DNA of 64,000 bases from Squalus acanthias (taxonomy: Eukaryota). Shown one piece after another: positions 63,865 through 64,000 of this stretch. The stretch spans positions 61,816,001 through 61,880,000 of the forward strand of contig CM059432.1 of the NCBI GenBank assembly GCA_030390025.1, read 5' to 3'. The notes beneath the pieces are model-generated. The model made no database searches, was not told the DNA's origin, and saw nothing but the letters and a program-made list of their open reading frames with translations. The position numbers and the translations under genes are program-made. Each line of letters starts with the position of its first letter. Position 1 is the stretch's first letter.

Positions 63865-64000
63865 CATGTTATCACCTGTCATTTGAATTCTTCAGCCCAC
63901 TCTGTTCTCAGTTGTCTACAGTGTTCCAATGAAGCTCAACGTAAGCTCGAGGAACAGCATCTCATCTTTCTTTTACAGCCTTCCAGACTCAACATCGAGC
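63865..64000 (+). mobile_element. Penelope-like element, GIY-YIG endonuclease C-terminal remnant (runs off the window)
   Basis: CSNEAQRKLEEQHLIF...LQPSRLNIE. Confidence 0.65.

Noticed and set aside
1..64000. CRISPR array, prokaryotic operon or defence system
   Set aside because: No regularly spaced repeat-spacer array or operon-like gene density; the sequence is spliced vertebrate DNA and all RT domains belong to LINEs.

Overview
Vertebrate genomic DNA, most likely from a cartilaginous fish (inferred from the repeat families and the gene sequence, not proven). The window holds the 3' half of alpha-dystrobrevin (DTNA) on the + strand: nine GT-AG exons from 4598 to 53505, then a repeat-free AT-rich 3' UTR to about 55.6 kb. 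The rest is mostly transposable elements, many nested: CR1, L2 and RTE LINEs, Deu-domain tRNA SINEs, Penelope-like fragments, PIF/Harbinger transposons with at least four MITE families, and an hAT MITE. Best observations: (1) a second, apparently coding DTNA C-terminus in the last exon that repeats the tyrosine motif ESYVRTDD and is gated by a 39-nt stop exon; (2) a minimal hammerhead ribozyme in a 161-bp Penelope-type insertion with a 40-bp inverted repeat and 14-bp TSD; (3) a MITE family with clustered consensus splice sites and palindromes; (4) an RTE insertion with a ~147-bp flanking duplication; (5) a full-length Harbinger with an intron-containing Myb/SANT gene. I see no evidence of a wholly new multi-gene system. 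All calls were made by eye with no database search; exon and TSD-defined coordinates are exact, other repeat boundaries are approximate.
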